Below, piece by piece: positions 17,257 through 27,317 of a DNA stretch of 64,000 nucleotides. Under the pieces are notes generated by a model. It was given only the letters and a program-made list of their open reading frames with translations. It did not search any database and was not told the DNA's origin. Source of the stretch: Candidatus Methylumidiphilus alinenensis (GTDB lineage: Bacteria > Pseudomonadota > Gammaproteobacteria > Methylococcales > Methylococcaceae); assembly GCA_003242955.1 (NCBI GenBank), contig QJPH01000143.1, positions 15,679-79,678 of the forward strand. The letters are read 5' to 3'. Every line of letters begins with the position of its first letter. The first letter of the stretch is position 1. The position numbers were made by a program, and so were the translations under genes.

Positions 17257-19485
17257 TTAAGCCGTCACCTCGCCCAACAGCGCGGCAATTTCCGCTTCCA
17301 CTGCCTTCAATTCGGCATCAATCTCGGCCAGCGGACGCGGAGGCTGGTATTGATAGAAATAACGGTTGAAATTGATTTCATAGCCGACTATTCCAATGCC
17401 TTTGTCTTTTGGGTCGCGTTTGCCCGCGTCTATCCAGGCATCCGGTACATGCGGCAGCACTTTGCCGGTGAAGTAGTCGCGGATGTCTTGCTTTAACGGC
17501 ACGTTCTCGAATTCGCGCAGGTCCGGGTCGGGCTCATAGACGCGGGCTTTGCCATCTTCGTGTGGGAAATAGCCAAACAGGGTATCTTGTCCGGTTTTGG
17601 CCTGGATGGTCTCGGCAATGACCGGGGCGCATTCCGGGTCTTTCTCGGTGAGCCATAGCCGCAAATGCTTGATGTCGGCGGCAGTCAATGTTGTCGCCTT
17701 GTCACTTTTTTGAATAGGGTGGCGGAAAGTTTGCTCGAACTGGTTGTAATCATCCCACTCGCTTTGTTTGGACTCAGCCCAAAAACCGCGGACAGCTTCG
17801 CTCAATAGGATGCGCCGTTGCCAAGCCTTTTGATCCAGCAGTTTTTTCAGAATGGTTAGTGCGTCTTTTTCCAGCTTTTTCCGTTCCTCCTTGGGCGTGT
17901 CGGCAGTTAGGCCAAGCGCGGCATGGACATGATCGGTGATTTGAGCTTTATTTTTTTCGATGCTGTTATGACATTCACGCCCGAATTGCCCTTCCATCCA
18001 TTGCATGTGGCTTTGCAACTCTGGCAGATGGCGTAAGCTGTCAATGCGTTGTCCGTCCAGCCTGACCCGCAGACGCAGCGGACGCTCAACCGTGATGCGC
18101 CGGTAGCCAAAATCAATGGTGTCGAAAATCTTGGCAATCGGGCTTGCCGCGAATTGCCCGTGCAAGTGGGCAATTTCGGCTATTTGGTCGTCGCTCACAT
18201 ATTTACGCTTGCTGCCCAAAGATTTGCCCATGGTGGCGTACAAGCCCGAAGCGTCTATCAATTGCACCTTGCCCCGGCGGCGGTCCTCTTTATGATTGGA
18301 GAGTATCCAGACATAAGTGCCGATGCCGGTGTTGTAGAACAAATCATTCGGCAGGGCGACGATGGTTTCCAGCCAGTCTTGTTCCAAAATCCAACGGCGG
18401 ATTTCCGATTCGCCCGAACCCGCCCCGCCATTGAACAGCGGCGAGCCAGACAGCACAATGCCGATGCGCGTCCCGCCCTCCGCCACAGGTTTGCGCTTGG
18501 ACAAAAGATGCATCAAGAACAGCAGCGAGCCATCCCCAATGCGCGGAAGGCCCGGCCCAAACCGGCCAGTGTAGCCCTCACTATCGTGTTCCTTTTGCAC
18601 TTGCGTTTGCACGTTTTCCCACTTCACGCCAAAAGGTGGATTGGCTAGGCAATAATCAAACCTGTCAAATGGCAGCAAATCGTTGGAGAGGGTGTTGCCT
18701 AACTTGATGTTTTTAGTGTCGTAGCCTTTGATGAGCTTGTCGGCTACGGCGATGGCGTAGGTTTCCGGGTTGAGTTCCTGGGCATAAGGCGTGATGCTGG
18801 CGGCGGGGTTCCATTCTTCCACCAACTCGATGCCGGAAGACAGGAAGCCGCCGGTTCCGGCTGCACAGTCATAAATCGTGCGGATGATGCCCTCTTGCAT
18901 CAGCGCCTGTCGATGCGGGGAAATCACCAAGGTCGTCGTCAGCCGCACCACGTCACGCGGGGTGAAGAATTGCCCTGCGTCATCATTGGAGGATTCGGCG
19001 AATTTCCGAATCAGATGCTCGAAAACCAAGCCCATTTCATGATTGGTGATGACATCCGGGTGGAGGTCGATGGTGGCGAATTTCTGCGTCACCAGATAGA
19101 GTAAATTGGCACTTTCCAGCTTGACCAACCACTCGTCGAAGGCGAAATGTTCGAATATCTGTCGGGCATTCGCTGAGAATTTGGCAATGTAGTCTTCTAA
19201 ATTGGCCTTTGTGCCGGAGGTGCCAACCGTTGCCAGGGTGTGGGCGCTGATGTTGTAGAAACGAACGCCAGCTACATCCGGCAGGATCAGGTCGAGATTA
19301 AGCCCCAAACCCTTGATGGCTTCATAGCGTGACAGCACTTGTTCCCGCGTCGGCTCCAACACGCATTCAAGCCGCCTCAGCACGGTGAAGGGTAAAACGA
19401 TCCGGCCATATTCAGAGGGTCTGAAACGCCCCAAGAGCAAGTCGGCTATGTTCCAAATGAAGGAGGCGAAGTTTTGTTGATCCAT
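17257..19485 (-). CDS. hsdM: Type I restriction-modification N6-adenine DNA methyltransferase subunit (long form, 742 aa)
   Basis: The SAM motif is DCAAGTGGFL and the catalytic motif is LANPPFG. The long C-terminal extension is coiled-coil-like. Confidence 0.9.
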   Translation of the reverse strand: MDQQNFASFIWNIADLLLGRFRPSEYGRIVLPFTVLRRLECVLEPTREQVLSRYEAIKGLGLNLDLILPDVAGVRFYNISAHTLATVGTSGTKANLEDYIAKFSANARQIFEHFAFDEWLVKLESANLLYLVTQKFATIDLHPDVITNHEMGLVFEHLIRKFAESSNDDAGQFFTPRDVVRLTTTLVISPHRQALMQEGIIRTIYDCAAGTGGFLSSGIELVEEWNPAASITPYAQELNPETYAIAVADKLIKGYDTKNIKLGNTLSNDLLPFDRFDYCLANPPFGVKWENVQTQVQKEHDSEGYTGRFGPGLPRIGDGSLLFLMHLLSKRKPVAEGGTRIGIVLSGSPLFNGGAGSGESEIRRWILEQDWLETIVALPNDLFYNTGIGTYVWILSNHKEDRRRGKVQLIDASGLYATMGKSLGSKRKYVSDDQIAEIAHLHGQFAASPIAKIFDTIDFGYRRITVERPLRLRVRLDGQRIDSLRHLPELQSHMQWMEGQFGRECHNSIEKNKAQITDHVHAALGLTADTPKEERKKLEKDALTILKKLLDQKAWQRRILLSEAVRGFWAESKQSEWDDYNQFEQTFRHPIQKSDKATTLTAADIKHLRLWLTEKDPECAPVIAETIQAKTGQDTLFGYFPHEDGKARVYEPDPDLREFENVPLKQDIRDYFTGKVLPHVPDAWIDAGKRDPKDKGIGIVGYEINFNRYFYQYQPPRPLAEIDAELKAVEAEIAALLGEVTA

Positions 19486-19576
19486 GTTTTCAAGGCTGAA
19501 ATGAAGCCAGTTACGCTTCTACACCCATTTCACGCTAAAAATATCTATTTGCTGTAGGTCGGGATAGTCGCACATC

Positions 19577-19695
19577 GGCCTTGGTCATCGTTCAGCCCGA
19601 TGAATGAGTTTGTGGCGACTCGTCGCCGCATGGTTGGAAAAGCGTCGACGAGTCGCCGCACTCCCCATTTGGTAGGCTGAACGATGACCAAGGCC
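19577..19695. mobile_element. MITE family E (TIR GGCCTTGGTCATCGTTCAGCC)
   Basis: Termini are GGCCTTGGTCATCGTTCAGCC ... GGCTGAACGATGACCAAGGCC, with an internal GCGGCGACTCGTCGCCGC hairpin. A second copy lies at 53500-53623. Confidence 0.8.
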
Positions 19696-19758
19696 AAAAG
19701 GATTTACGCAAAAAGTTACGCAGCTAACCTCAGGGGTTGGCGTAACTGTATGATTGTG

Positions 19759-19835
19759 TGGTCGGGGTGAGAGGATTCGAACCTCCGGCCACTGCCTCCC
19801 GAAAGCAGTGCTCTACCAGGCTGAGCTACACCCCG
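19759..19835 (-). tRNA. tRNA-Pro (anticodon CGG)
   Basis: The reverse complement CGGGGTGTAGCTCAGCCTGGTAGAGCACTGCTTTCGGGAGGCAGTGGCCGGAGGTTCGAATCCTCTCACCCCGACCA folds as a cloverleaf. The acceptor stem has 7 bp, the anticodon loop is TTCGGGA, the T-loop is GGTTCGAATCC, and CCA is encoded. Confidence 0.9.
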
Positions 19836-19848
19836 TGATGGTGACAAT

Positions 19849-20871
19849 TCAATAGCTTCTTTCTACCGAGAATTGCGCAAGCTGGATAAGGGCTTCTTTG
19901 TATGCGGACTGCTCAAGGCAGTCTAGTGCTTCAATGGCCTTGTTGGCTTCTTCCTTTGCGCGACTGATAGTATACTCGATTGCCTGGGTAGACTCAATGA
20001 TCTCGTAAACTTCTTTGAACCGGTTTCTATCGCCTTCCTTGATGGTGTGGCGTAGCAACTCTGCCTGCTGTTCACTGCCGTGTTCAATGGCATAAATTAG
20101 AGGCAGGGTAGGCTTACCCTCGGCCAAGTCGTCGCCTAAATTTTTACCCAAATCCTCTGGGTCAGCCTTGTAGTCCAAAGCATCATCAACGAGTTGGAAG
20201 GCGATGCCCAACCTCAGGCCATATTCCTTAAGGCAGTTTTCAATGTCTTCAGGCGCACCGACTAGCACAGAGGCAAGTTGGGCAGCCGCACTGAACAAGA
20301 TGGCAGTTTTGCGGGAAATGACTTGCAGGTATTTTTGTTCGTTCGTTGATGGGTTATTGCAATTGAGCAATTGCAGCACCTCGCCCTCGGCAATGGCCGT
20401 GGTAGTCCGGGAAAGGATTTCCATGATGCGCATCTTGTTTACGCTGACCATCAGCTCAAAAGATCGCGAATAAAGATAATCCCCCACCAAGACACTGGCG
20501 GAGTTCCCCCACAATTCATTGACCGTGTCTTGACCGCGCCTCATCGAAGATTCGTCCACCACATCATCGTGCAACAAGGTTGCAGTGTGGATAAATTCAA
20601 TGACCGCTGCGAGGGTGATATGCTCCTCCTCACTGTAGCCTAAAGCTTTGGCGACGAGTAGCAACAGCACCGGGCGCAGGCGTTTACCCCCGCTGCTGAC
20701 AATGTAGTGGCCAATCTGGTTTATCAATACAACATCGGAACTCAGTTCGCGGATGATGAGTTTATTGACTTCGGTCATTTCCGCTTCGACGAGCCTTTTT
20801 ATGCACGCATAGTCTTGGCTGGGCCGATTGGCCGATGTCGAAGAGGTTTGTTGGGGGCTTGTAATCGTCAC
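19849..20871 (-). CDS. ispB: Octaprenyl-diphosphate synthase (trans-polyprenyl diphosphate synthase)
   Basis: First DDxxD motif is LLHDDVVDES and the second is FQLVDDALDY. Length is 340 aa. Confidence 0.85.
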   Translation of the reverse strand: MTITSPQQTSSTSANRPSQDYACIKRLVEAEMTEVNKLIIRELSSDVVLINQIGHYIVSSGGKRLRPVLLLLVAKALGYSEEEHITLAAVIEFIHTATLLHDDVVDESSMRRGQDTVNELWGNSASVLVGDYLYSRSFELMVSVNKMRIMEILSRTTTAIAEGEVLQLLNCNNPSTNEQKYLQVISRKTAILFSAAAQLASVLVGAPEDIENCLKEYGLRLGIAFQLVDDALDYKADPEDLGKNLGDDLAEGKPTLPLIYAIEHGSEQQAELLRHTIKEGDRNRFKEVYEIIESTQAIEYTISRAKEEANKAIEALDCLEQSAYKEALIQLAQFSVERSY

Positions 20872-20980
20872 TTATTGTCTCCGCTGGCGAGCGGTTATCC
20901 CGTATTTGTTATAATAAACACGCGAATCCTATTGAATCCACATGGTTTGTGTCAAGTTTAATTGGTTGCTCTCGACTATT

Positions 20981-21553
20981 TTAGCGCAATTTGCCCCCGC
21001 TTCTGGCATCAAAAATGACTGTGGGGCGGTCTTGGCCGCCGATTGACCCTGGTAGAAAATTCAATGAAGTGTCGGGGAAGTAGCAACGGACCTTGAGTTG
21101 CGTCTTGGCGGGCCGTACACCGCTAGGATTGGCGCTAGTGGATACGATTGCGCCACCGAAAGCACGGCATAACGACGATGCAATCGGGTGGGCGGTGACC
21201 CTAACAGCCAATGTGTCGCGGTTTCCCCGCAACCATGCAGGGGTTTGGGGGGCGCAAGGGACAACCCAGGTCACCGGGCCAGGCCAACTGGCGAGCAGCT
21301 TACTTTTCATCTGCGGGTTTTTTATGTCCAAAAAAGTCTCGACCTGTTCAAAATCGGCGGCGATTAAAATCAGCCCCTTCGCAGCCGACCGTCCTTTCAA
21401 CGCCAGCAATCCGGCTACGGCCCGCCCGTTCAAGGGGTCGCATCCAAGGCCCCACACGGCCTCTGTGGGATAGGCCAGGAGTTTACCCTCGTGCAATTGC
21501 TTTGCGGCTAGTTTAAGGCGCAGATTCGAAATCCAACCCATGCGTAGTGCCAT
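20981..21553 (-). CDS. tsaC: L-threonylcarbamoyladenylate synthase type 1 (YrdC/TsaC)
   Basis: YPTEAVWGLGCDP and STSANPSG motifs are present. The start is uncertain (ATG 21553 or 21541). The tracked start at 21589 overlaps the topA 3' end. Confidence 0.8.
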   Translation of the reverse strand: MALRMGWISNLRLKLAAKQLHEGKLLAYPTEAVWGLGCDPLNGRAVAGLLALKGRSAAKGLILIAADFEQVETFLDIKNPQMKSKLLASWPGPVTWVVPCAPQTPAWLRGNRDTLAVRVTAHPIASSLCRAFGGAIVSTSANPSGVRPAKTQLKVRCYFPDTSLNFLPGSIGGQDRPTVIFDARSGGKLR

Positions 21554-21560
21554 TCCCGTA

Positions 21561-23864
21561 TCAGGCCATTGCCGCGTCCGTCGGATCACCCTCGTAAGGT
21601 GTGGCGTAGCCGCATTCTTTTTGTGGGCAAACCTTCTCCACGCCCCGCCGCTTGGTGGTCTTTATGGTCAGTATCGGCCATCCGCAATTCGGGCATGGCT
21701 CAGAAATCGGCGGGTTCCAGGCGGCATAGCTGCAAGTAGGGTAGGTGGAACAGGAATAGAATAGCTTTCCGAACCGCGACTTGCGTTTGATAAGGCTGCC
21801 TTTTTTACATTCCGGACATTGGACGCCGGAATCTTCGGGCTTTTCCAATGGTTCAATGTGTTTGCAGGCGGGATAGCCACTGCACCCTACGAATTTGCCG
21901 AATCGACCGGTTTTTAACACCAGCGGGGAGTTGCATTTCGGACAGGTTCTTCCTTCAATCACCTCAGGCTCTGCTTGCTTGGGGTCGCCGTCGAGGTTGC
22001 GGGTGTATTTGCAAGTCGGGTAGCTGTTACAGCCTATGAACCGTCCGTTGCGGCCTAAGCGGATGGACAAAGGGCCGCCACATTCAGGACAAAGTTCTTC
22101 GATAGCCTCATGGGTCACGTCGGCACGCTTGAGGGATTCGTCTTTGTCTTCGATAAGGGCGATAAATGGCCCCCAGAATTCTCTTAGCAAGGGTTTCCAG
22201 GCTTTTTCGTCACGCGAGACGGCATCCAATTCGTCTTCGAGGTTGGCGGTGAAATTGTAATCGACATAGCGGGTGAAATGTTCGGTTAGGAACTTATTGA
22301 CAATACGGCCTACATCAGTCGGTGAAAATCGCTTGCTTTCCAGCATGACATAATGCCGCTGCTGTAGTGTGGAAATGATAGCGGCATAGGTGGATGGCCT
22401 ACCAATGCCATATTCCTCAAGGGTCTTGACTAGGCTGGCCTCAGTGTAACGCGGCGGCGGCTGGGTGAAGTGTTGCCCCGCGATGAGATCTAACAATTCG
22501 ACCTGCTGCCCTTCTTTGAGAGGCGGCAGGTAGCTTTCGTCGTCTTCGCCAGACGCGTCGTCGTCACGGCCTTCCAAGTAGACGGCCATGAAACCAGGGT
22601 CAATCACCGTTGAACCGTTCGCGCGAAACAGGCTTCCATCGCCGCAGGCCAAATCAACCGCCACAGTACCGATGATGGCATTAATCATCTGGCAGGCAAT
22701 CGTGCGTTTCCAGATAAGCGTGTAGAGCTTGAATTGGTCAACGGTCAAATGCGACTTGACAGTTTCCGGTGATCTTTGCGCCGACGTTGGGCGGATCGCT
22801 TCATGCGCCTCTTGGGCATTTTTGCTCTTAGTTTTATAGAACCGGGGTTGGTCGGGCAGGTTTTTCTGGCCGAATCGGCTGGCAATCAATTCACGGATAT
22901 CCTTGAGGGCTTCCTCTGCCAAATTGACCGAATCGGTGCGCATGTAGCTAATCAATCCGACACTTTCCCCACCTAAGTCTATGCCTTCGTACAACTGTTG
23001 AGCCACTGTCATAGTACGGCGGGTGGTGAAGCCCAGCTTGCGTGCGGCTTCTTGTTGCAAGGTTGAGGTGATGAAGGGTGGCGCCGGGTTACGCTTGCGT
23101 TCCTTTTCATCGACCTTGGACACATCCAATTTCCCACCGCTGGCCTTCAACAAGGAATCGCGGATGCTGTGTGCCTGCACTTCATCGGCAATACTGAATT
23201 GCTCCAATTTGACACCGTCGTAATGGATCAAGCGAGCTTTGAAGCTTTGCGCTTCGGTTTGTGCAGCCGCTTCGATAGACCAGTACTCTTGGGTTTTAAA
23301 CGCTTCTATTTCCAGTTCCCTCTCCACGATCATGCGCAGTGCGGGGCTTTGGACACGACCTGCGGAAAGACCGCGACGGATTTTTTTCCACAACAGGGGG
23401 GAGAGTTTGAAGCCGACCAAATAATCCAAGGCGCGGCGTGCTTGCTGGGCATTGATGAGAGGCTCCGAAAGCAAACCTGGGTGCTCAATGGCTTCAGTGA
23501 TGGCCCGCTTGGTGATCTCATGGAACACCACGCGATACACTGGCTTGTTTTCCAACAGGTTTCTTTCTTTTAGAAGTTCATAGAGATGCCAAGAAATGGC
23601 CTCTCCTTCGCGGTCAGGGTCGGTTGCCAAATAGATTGCATCGGCTTTTTGGGCTGCATTGGCTATAGTTTGAACATGTTTGAGGTTTTTCTCGATGATT
23701 TCATATTTCATGAAAAAATCATGATCGGGATCGACAGCGCCTTCCTTGGGCACAAGATCGCGCACATGACCATAGGAGGCGTGGACTTTAAAGTCTTTGC
23801 CCAGATATTTTTCAATAGTCTTGGCCTTGGCCGGTGATTCTACAATGACGAGGTTATGACTCAT
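21561..23864 (-). CDS. topA: DNA topoisomerase I
   Basis: TOPRIM start LVIVESPAKAKTIEKYLG, active-site region ISYMRTDS, and four C-terminal zinc-ribbon CxxC pairs. Length is 767 aa. Confidence 0.95.
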   Translation of the reverse strand: MSHNLVIVESPAKAKTIEKYLGKDFKVHASYGHVRDLVPKEGAVDPDHDFFMKYEIIEKNLKHVQTIANAAQKADAIYLATDPDREGEAISWHLYELLKERNLLENKPVYRVVFHEITKRAITEAIEHPGLLSEPLINAQQARRALDYLVGFKLSPLLWKKIRRGLSAGRVQSPALRMIVERELEIEAFKTQEYWSIEAAAQTEAQSFKARLIHYDGVKLEQFSIADEVQAHSIRDSLLKASGGKLDVSKVDEKERKRNPAPPFITSTLQQEAARKLGFTTRRTMTVAQQLYEGIDLGGESVGLISYMRTDSVNLAEEALKDIRELIASRFGQKNLPDQPRFYKTKSKNAQEAHEAIRPTSAQRSPETVKSHLTVDQFKLYTLIWKRTIACQMINAIIGTVAVDLACGDGSLFRANGSTVIDPGFMAVYLEGRDDDASGEDDESYLPPLKEGQQVELLDLIAGQHFTQPPPRYTEASLVKTLEEYGIGRPSTYAAIISTLQQRHYVMLESKRFSPTDVGRIVNKFLTEHFTRYVDYNFTANLEDELDAVSRDEKAWKPLLREFWGPFIALIEDKDESLKRADVTHEAIEELCPECGGPLSIRLGRNGRFIGCNSYPTCKYTRNLDGDPKQAEPEVIEGRTCPKCNSPLVLKTGRFGKFVGCSGYPACKHIEPLEKPEDSGVQCPECKKGSLIKRKSRFGKLFYSCSTYPTCSYAAWNPPISEPCPNCGWPILTIKTTKRRGVEKVCPQKECGYATPYEGDPTDAAMA

Positions 23865-23918
23865 TTGTCGCTTGTCGGTTCGGTTGATGCGAGAAAAAGC
23901 TTTTTAGGAGAGTACCAC

Positions 23919-24386
23919 TCAATGCACATAACTGGGTAGCGACTCGTAAACCAAATGCTCCATGCGGGCGAAAGCGATTTCCTCATTGGGTTGGCTAAAC
24001 AGGACCATCAGAACGATCCATTTCAGGTTTTCCAACGATATGGTTTCTTCATTCAATGCCATGACGCGATCGACTGCCAACTCCCTGCTGGCAGGGCTGA
24101 GGATGGTGGATTGTTCAAGGAACATCAAAAAGCCTCGGCATTCGGTGTCTAGTTTTACACATTCCTGGGTCGAATAGACACGGAATGCAGGCAAGGATGA
24201 ACTTTGGATGGGTTTTTGCTCGGTCAGCGACTCCAGCCAGTCGAATGCTTTGTTTATCTCTTGGTGCGGAAAACCGGCTTCCAGCAGTTCAGTGCGGATG
24301 GCATCCGGGTCTGGGTTTGCTTCGATCTCATCGTCCATGTAATTTTCGAAGAGATAAATCAACACATCAAATACGTTCTCTTTCAT
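23919..24386 (-). CDS. smg: Smg protein (DUF494)
   Basis: MKENVFDVLIYLFENYMD start, 155 aa, in the conserved position between dprA and topA. Confidence 0.85.
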   Translation of the reverse strand: MKENVFDVLIYLFENYMDDEIEANPDPDAIRTELLEAGFPHQEINKAFDWLESLTEQKPIQSSSLPAFRVYSTQECVKLDTECRGFLMFLEQSTILSPASRELAVDRVMALNEETISLENLKWIVLMVLFSQPNEEIAFARMEHLVYESLPSYVH

Positions 24387-24418
24387 TCTCGATCTCGATT
24401 AAAGGGGGCTAGGGAGTT

Positions 24419-25525
24419 TCACCGTGACCTAATGTAGCCGCCGTCGGCTGGAACAATATAGCCCTGTAGTTCCAACAAGAGCAACCAAGAAGCGATGGCT
24501 TCCGGCGTATTTCCCGTCGCCGCCACTAGAGTATCCACGGAGGTTGGGGCATACGCAATATATTTCAACAGCGAATGGCATTCGCTGTCGAGATCGTCGC
24601 TAGGCGGTTGCCGGATAACCTGGGGTTTGGCAGGAAAACTGGAGAATGCGAATTCGTCCAATATGTCGTCCACCGTTTCCACAAGTTTGGCACCTTGTTT
24701 GATTAAGGCGTTGCAACCCCGAGCCAAAGGGTTATTGATGGACCCCGGCACGGCAAAAACTTCACGCCCTTGTTCCAGTGCCAAGCGGGCCGTAATCAGG
24801 GAGCCGCTGCGCAACGCTGCCTCAACGACTAGGACACCTAGTGAGAGCCCACTGATAATACGGTTTCGGCGGGGAAAGTTTCCGGCTTGGGGAGGCGTTA
24901 GGGTTGGAAACTCAGAGACCAACGCCCCGCCCTGCGCCACGATGGCATTGGCCAGTTCTTGGTGGCTGCGCGGATAGACTTGATCCAGCCCCGTACCCGC
25001 GACGGCCACGGTAATGCCGCCATTCTCCAAAGCGCCCAGATGGGCGGATGCATCTATTCCCAAGGCCAAACCACTGGTTACGGCAAAGCCAGTTTCAGTC
25101 AGTGCGCGGGAAAAATCCTTGGCGATTTTCACTCCGACCGGAGATGGGTTACGGCTTCCGACCACTGCAATTTGCCGACAGGACAACGCTGAAACATCGC
25201 CGCGGACAAAAATCAACGGCGGTGGGTCAGCGATTTCGCCAAGTATTTGGGGATAGGCTAAGGTCTGTGAATCCAAGCAGTGATTCCCTTCGATTTCAAG
25301 CCAACGCAAATCGTTCTCCACCTTTTTCCAGTCAGGCTTCTTAAGCCACTCCAAGGTCTCCATGGCCAAACCCAGTGTTGCAAGGGTGCCGGTGGAAGCG
25401 CCGAATATTTGTCCGGGCGAACCAAAGCGTTCGACCAGCAGCCTGTAGGTCCGCGGCCCCACCCGCGGAGTCCGCAGCAGGCCAAGCTGGAAATTCAGTT
25501 CAGTTGGTTTGCTTGATGTTTTCAA
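24419..25525 (-). CDS. dprA: DNA-processing protein A
   Basis: Rossmann-like DprA core (IAVVGSRNPSPVG, VTSGLALGIDASAH) and a C-terminal wHTH-like tail. Confidence 0.9.
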   Translation of the reverse strand: MKTSSKPTELNFQLGLLRTPRVGPRTYRLLVERFGSPGQIFGASTGTLATLGLAMETLEWLKKPDWKKVENDLRWLEIEGNHCLDSQTLAYPQILGEIADPPPLIFVRGDVSALSCRQIAVVGSRNPSPVGVKIAKDFSRALTETGFAVTSGLALGIDASAHLGALENGGITVAVAGTGLDQVYPRSHQELANAIVAQGGALVSEFPTLTPPQAGNFPRRNRIISGLSLGVLVVEAALRSGSLITARLALEQGREVFAVPGSINNPLARGCNALIKQGAKLVETVDDILDEFAFSSFPAKPQVIRQPPSDDLDSECHSLLKYIAYAPTSVDTLVAATGNTPEAIASWLLLLELQGYIVPADGGYIRSR

Positions 25526-26580
25526 TTCGGATTCTGTACGGCATCGTTGAGTTGGATGGCACGGGTCGCATTTAGGACAGCGCCAAAGCTGACCCGCTCA
25601 TAGGGATGGAAAATTATTAGCAAACCCTCTTTTTCATTAGGAATATTAATCGTTTCATTGGTGTTGGTCGTGTAGATGATAGCCTTGCGGCTTCTGCGAA
25701 TCTCCAACACATGCCCAATTTCTAAGCCATCAGCCGTGCCACGGTCAATAACCACGATACTATATTGGCCGATTTGGGACACGCCGTCCACTACCGAGAT
25801 GATATGTCCATTGACTGGGGTCGAGGGGGCATGGGGTCTGAAGTCCATCTGCAACTTTTCGCGGGCCACGGGCATTATGCGGTCCCCTATTCTGACATCC
25901 CGATTACTTTTTGTAATTAACAGGGTGGAGGGGTCCCCAAAGGATTGAAATTCAACATCGGCGACATATAGAGCCTCGAAGCCGAGAACTTCCTTTGTTT
26001 CTGCATCCTTGTAGGGTGGGCCAGAGCGGAAAACCATGTAGCCTAATTGCGAGTTTTCAGGCATGCCGCGCACATAGATACGGTCTCCCGCACCGCCTGA
26101 AATATGTTCGTCGGCAAAATCGACAACGTAAGGCGCATTGTCCATTTCGCCCATTCCCACAACATTTGTTTGCATCAAAAATTGTTGGATGGCGTTCAGA
26201 GGAATCGTCGGAATGGCTTGCTGAAGCGGTTCCCGCCTAATGGTGGGAACAAGCCTGACCTCATCGGGGCGTGACTTTGAATAACGGGGTGTGTCTTGAA
26301 ACCGCCGGGCCACCTGTAAGCGAGGCCTGCCATCGGCAATGTCCAAAACTAATTCGTCACCCGGGTAGATCCAATGCGGGTTGGCAATATGCGGATTTTC
26401 GTGCCAGATTTCCGGCCATTGCCATGGCTTTGCTAAAAATTTGCCGGCAATGTCCCATAGAGTGTCCCCCTCGGTCACAGTATAATGTTCCGGATGATCT
26501 GGATTTAACTGGACTTCGGTGGCTTCGGAGAAGCCCGAAATGCATAACAAACAAAAACAGATTAAATTCCTCAATCTCAT
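25522..26580 (-). CDS. LysM domain-containing peptidoglycan-binding protein (secreted)
   Basis: The signal peptide is MRLRNLICFCLLCISGFSEA, so the start is set at ATG 26580. The LysM motif is YTVTEGDTLWDIAGKFL. Position upstream of dprA and divergent from def is conserved. Confidence 0.8.
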   Translation of the reverse strand: MRLRNLICFCLLCISGFSEATEVQLNPDHPEHYTVTEGDTLWDIAGKFLAKPWQWPEIWHENPHIANPHWIYPGDELVLDIADGRPRLQVARRFQDTPRYSKSRPDEVRLVPTIRREPLQQAIPTIPLNAIQQFLMQTNVVGMGEMDNAPYVVDFADEHISGGAGDRIYVRGMPENSQLGYMVFRSGPPYKDAETKEVLGFEALYVADVEFQSFGDPSTLLITKSNRDVRIGDRIMPVAREKLQMDFRPHAPSTPVNGHIISVVDGVSQIGQYSIVVIDRGTADGLEIGHVLEIRRSRKAIIYTTNTNETINIPNEKEGLLIIFHPYERVSFGAVLNATRAIQLNDAVQNPN

Positions 26581-26783
26581 AGATGCCACTATATTTGCCT
26601 TTTTCGGTGCGGGTGCGCTGTAATATGATTCATCAACCGGCGCAGTTCCCAAAGGGTGTTAACCACTTTAAAAAAATAATGCATAGCCGGACATTCCAAC
26701 GCTATATTTATTTCAAACATTCAAAGTCTAGACGAATTCGGCTAGAATTCAAAATTCCTAAACCTTGCTCTTGCTTCTAAACC

Positions 26784-27317
26784 ATGGCCATTCTCCCAAT
26801 TCTCGAATATCCAGACCCCCGACTGCGGAAAAAAGCACTACCAGTAGAAGGGGTTGATGATTCAATCCGTACCCTAATGGATGATATGCTAGAGACCATG
26901 TACGCTGCACCGGGGATTGGATTGGCGGCGGTCCAGGTGAATCGGCTAAAGCGTGTGATTGTCATTGATATATCAGAGGAAAAGAATGCCCCACTAAGGC
27001 TAGTCAACCCCGAGATCGTCTGGACGAGCGGCAACGAGGAAATGGACGAGGGTTGCCTTTCCGTGCCGGGGGTCTTTGAAAAGGTCGCACGGGCGGAAAA
27101 AGTCAAGGTAAAAGCCTTGGGATATGATGGTGACTATTTTGAATTGGAGACCGATGGCTTGCTCGCCGTCTGTATCCAACATGAAATCGACCATCTCGAA
27201 GGCAAGCTCTTTGTTGATCATCTTTCACCGTTAAAGCGACACCGCGCAAGGAAAAAGCTAGAAAAAGACCGCCGCCAGAAAGCGCCCAAAACCGAATTGA
27301 AAAACTCCGTATTATGA
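26784..27317 (+). CDS. def: Peptide deformylase
   Basis: Motifs [17 protein letters not shown] and HEIDHLEG are present. Confidence 0.95.
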   Translation: MAILPILEYPDPRLRKKALPVEGVDDSIRTLMDDMLETMYAAPGIGLAAVQVNRLKRVIVIDISEEKNAPLRLVNPEIVWTSGNEEMDEGCLSVPGVFEKVARAEKVKVKALGYDGDYFELETDGLLAVCIQHEIDHLEGKLFVDHLSPLKRHRARKKLEKDRRQKAPKTELKNSVL

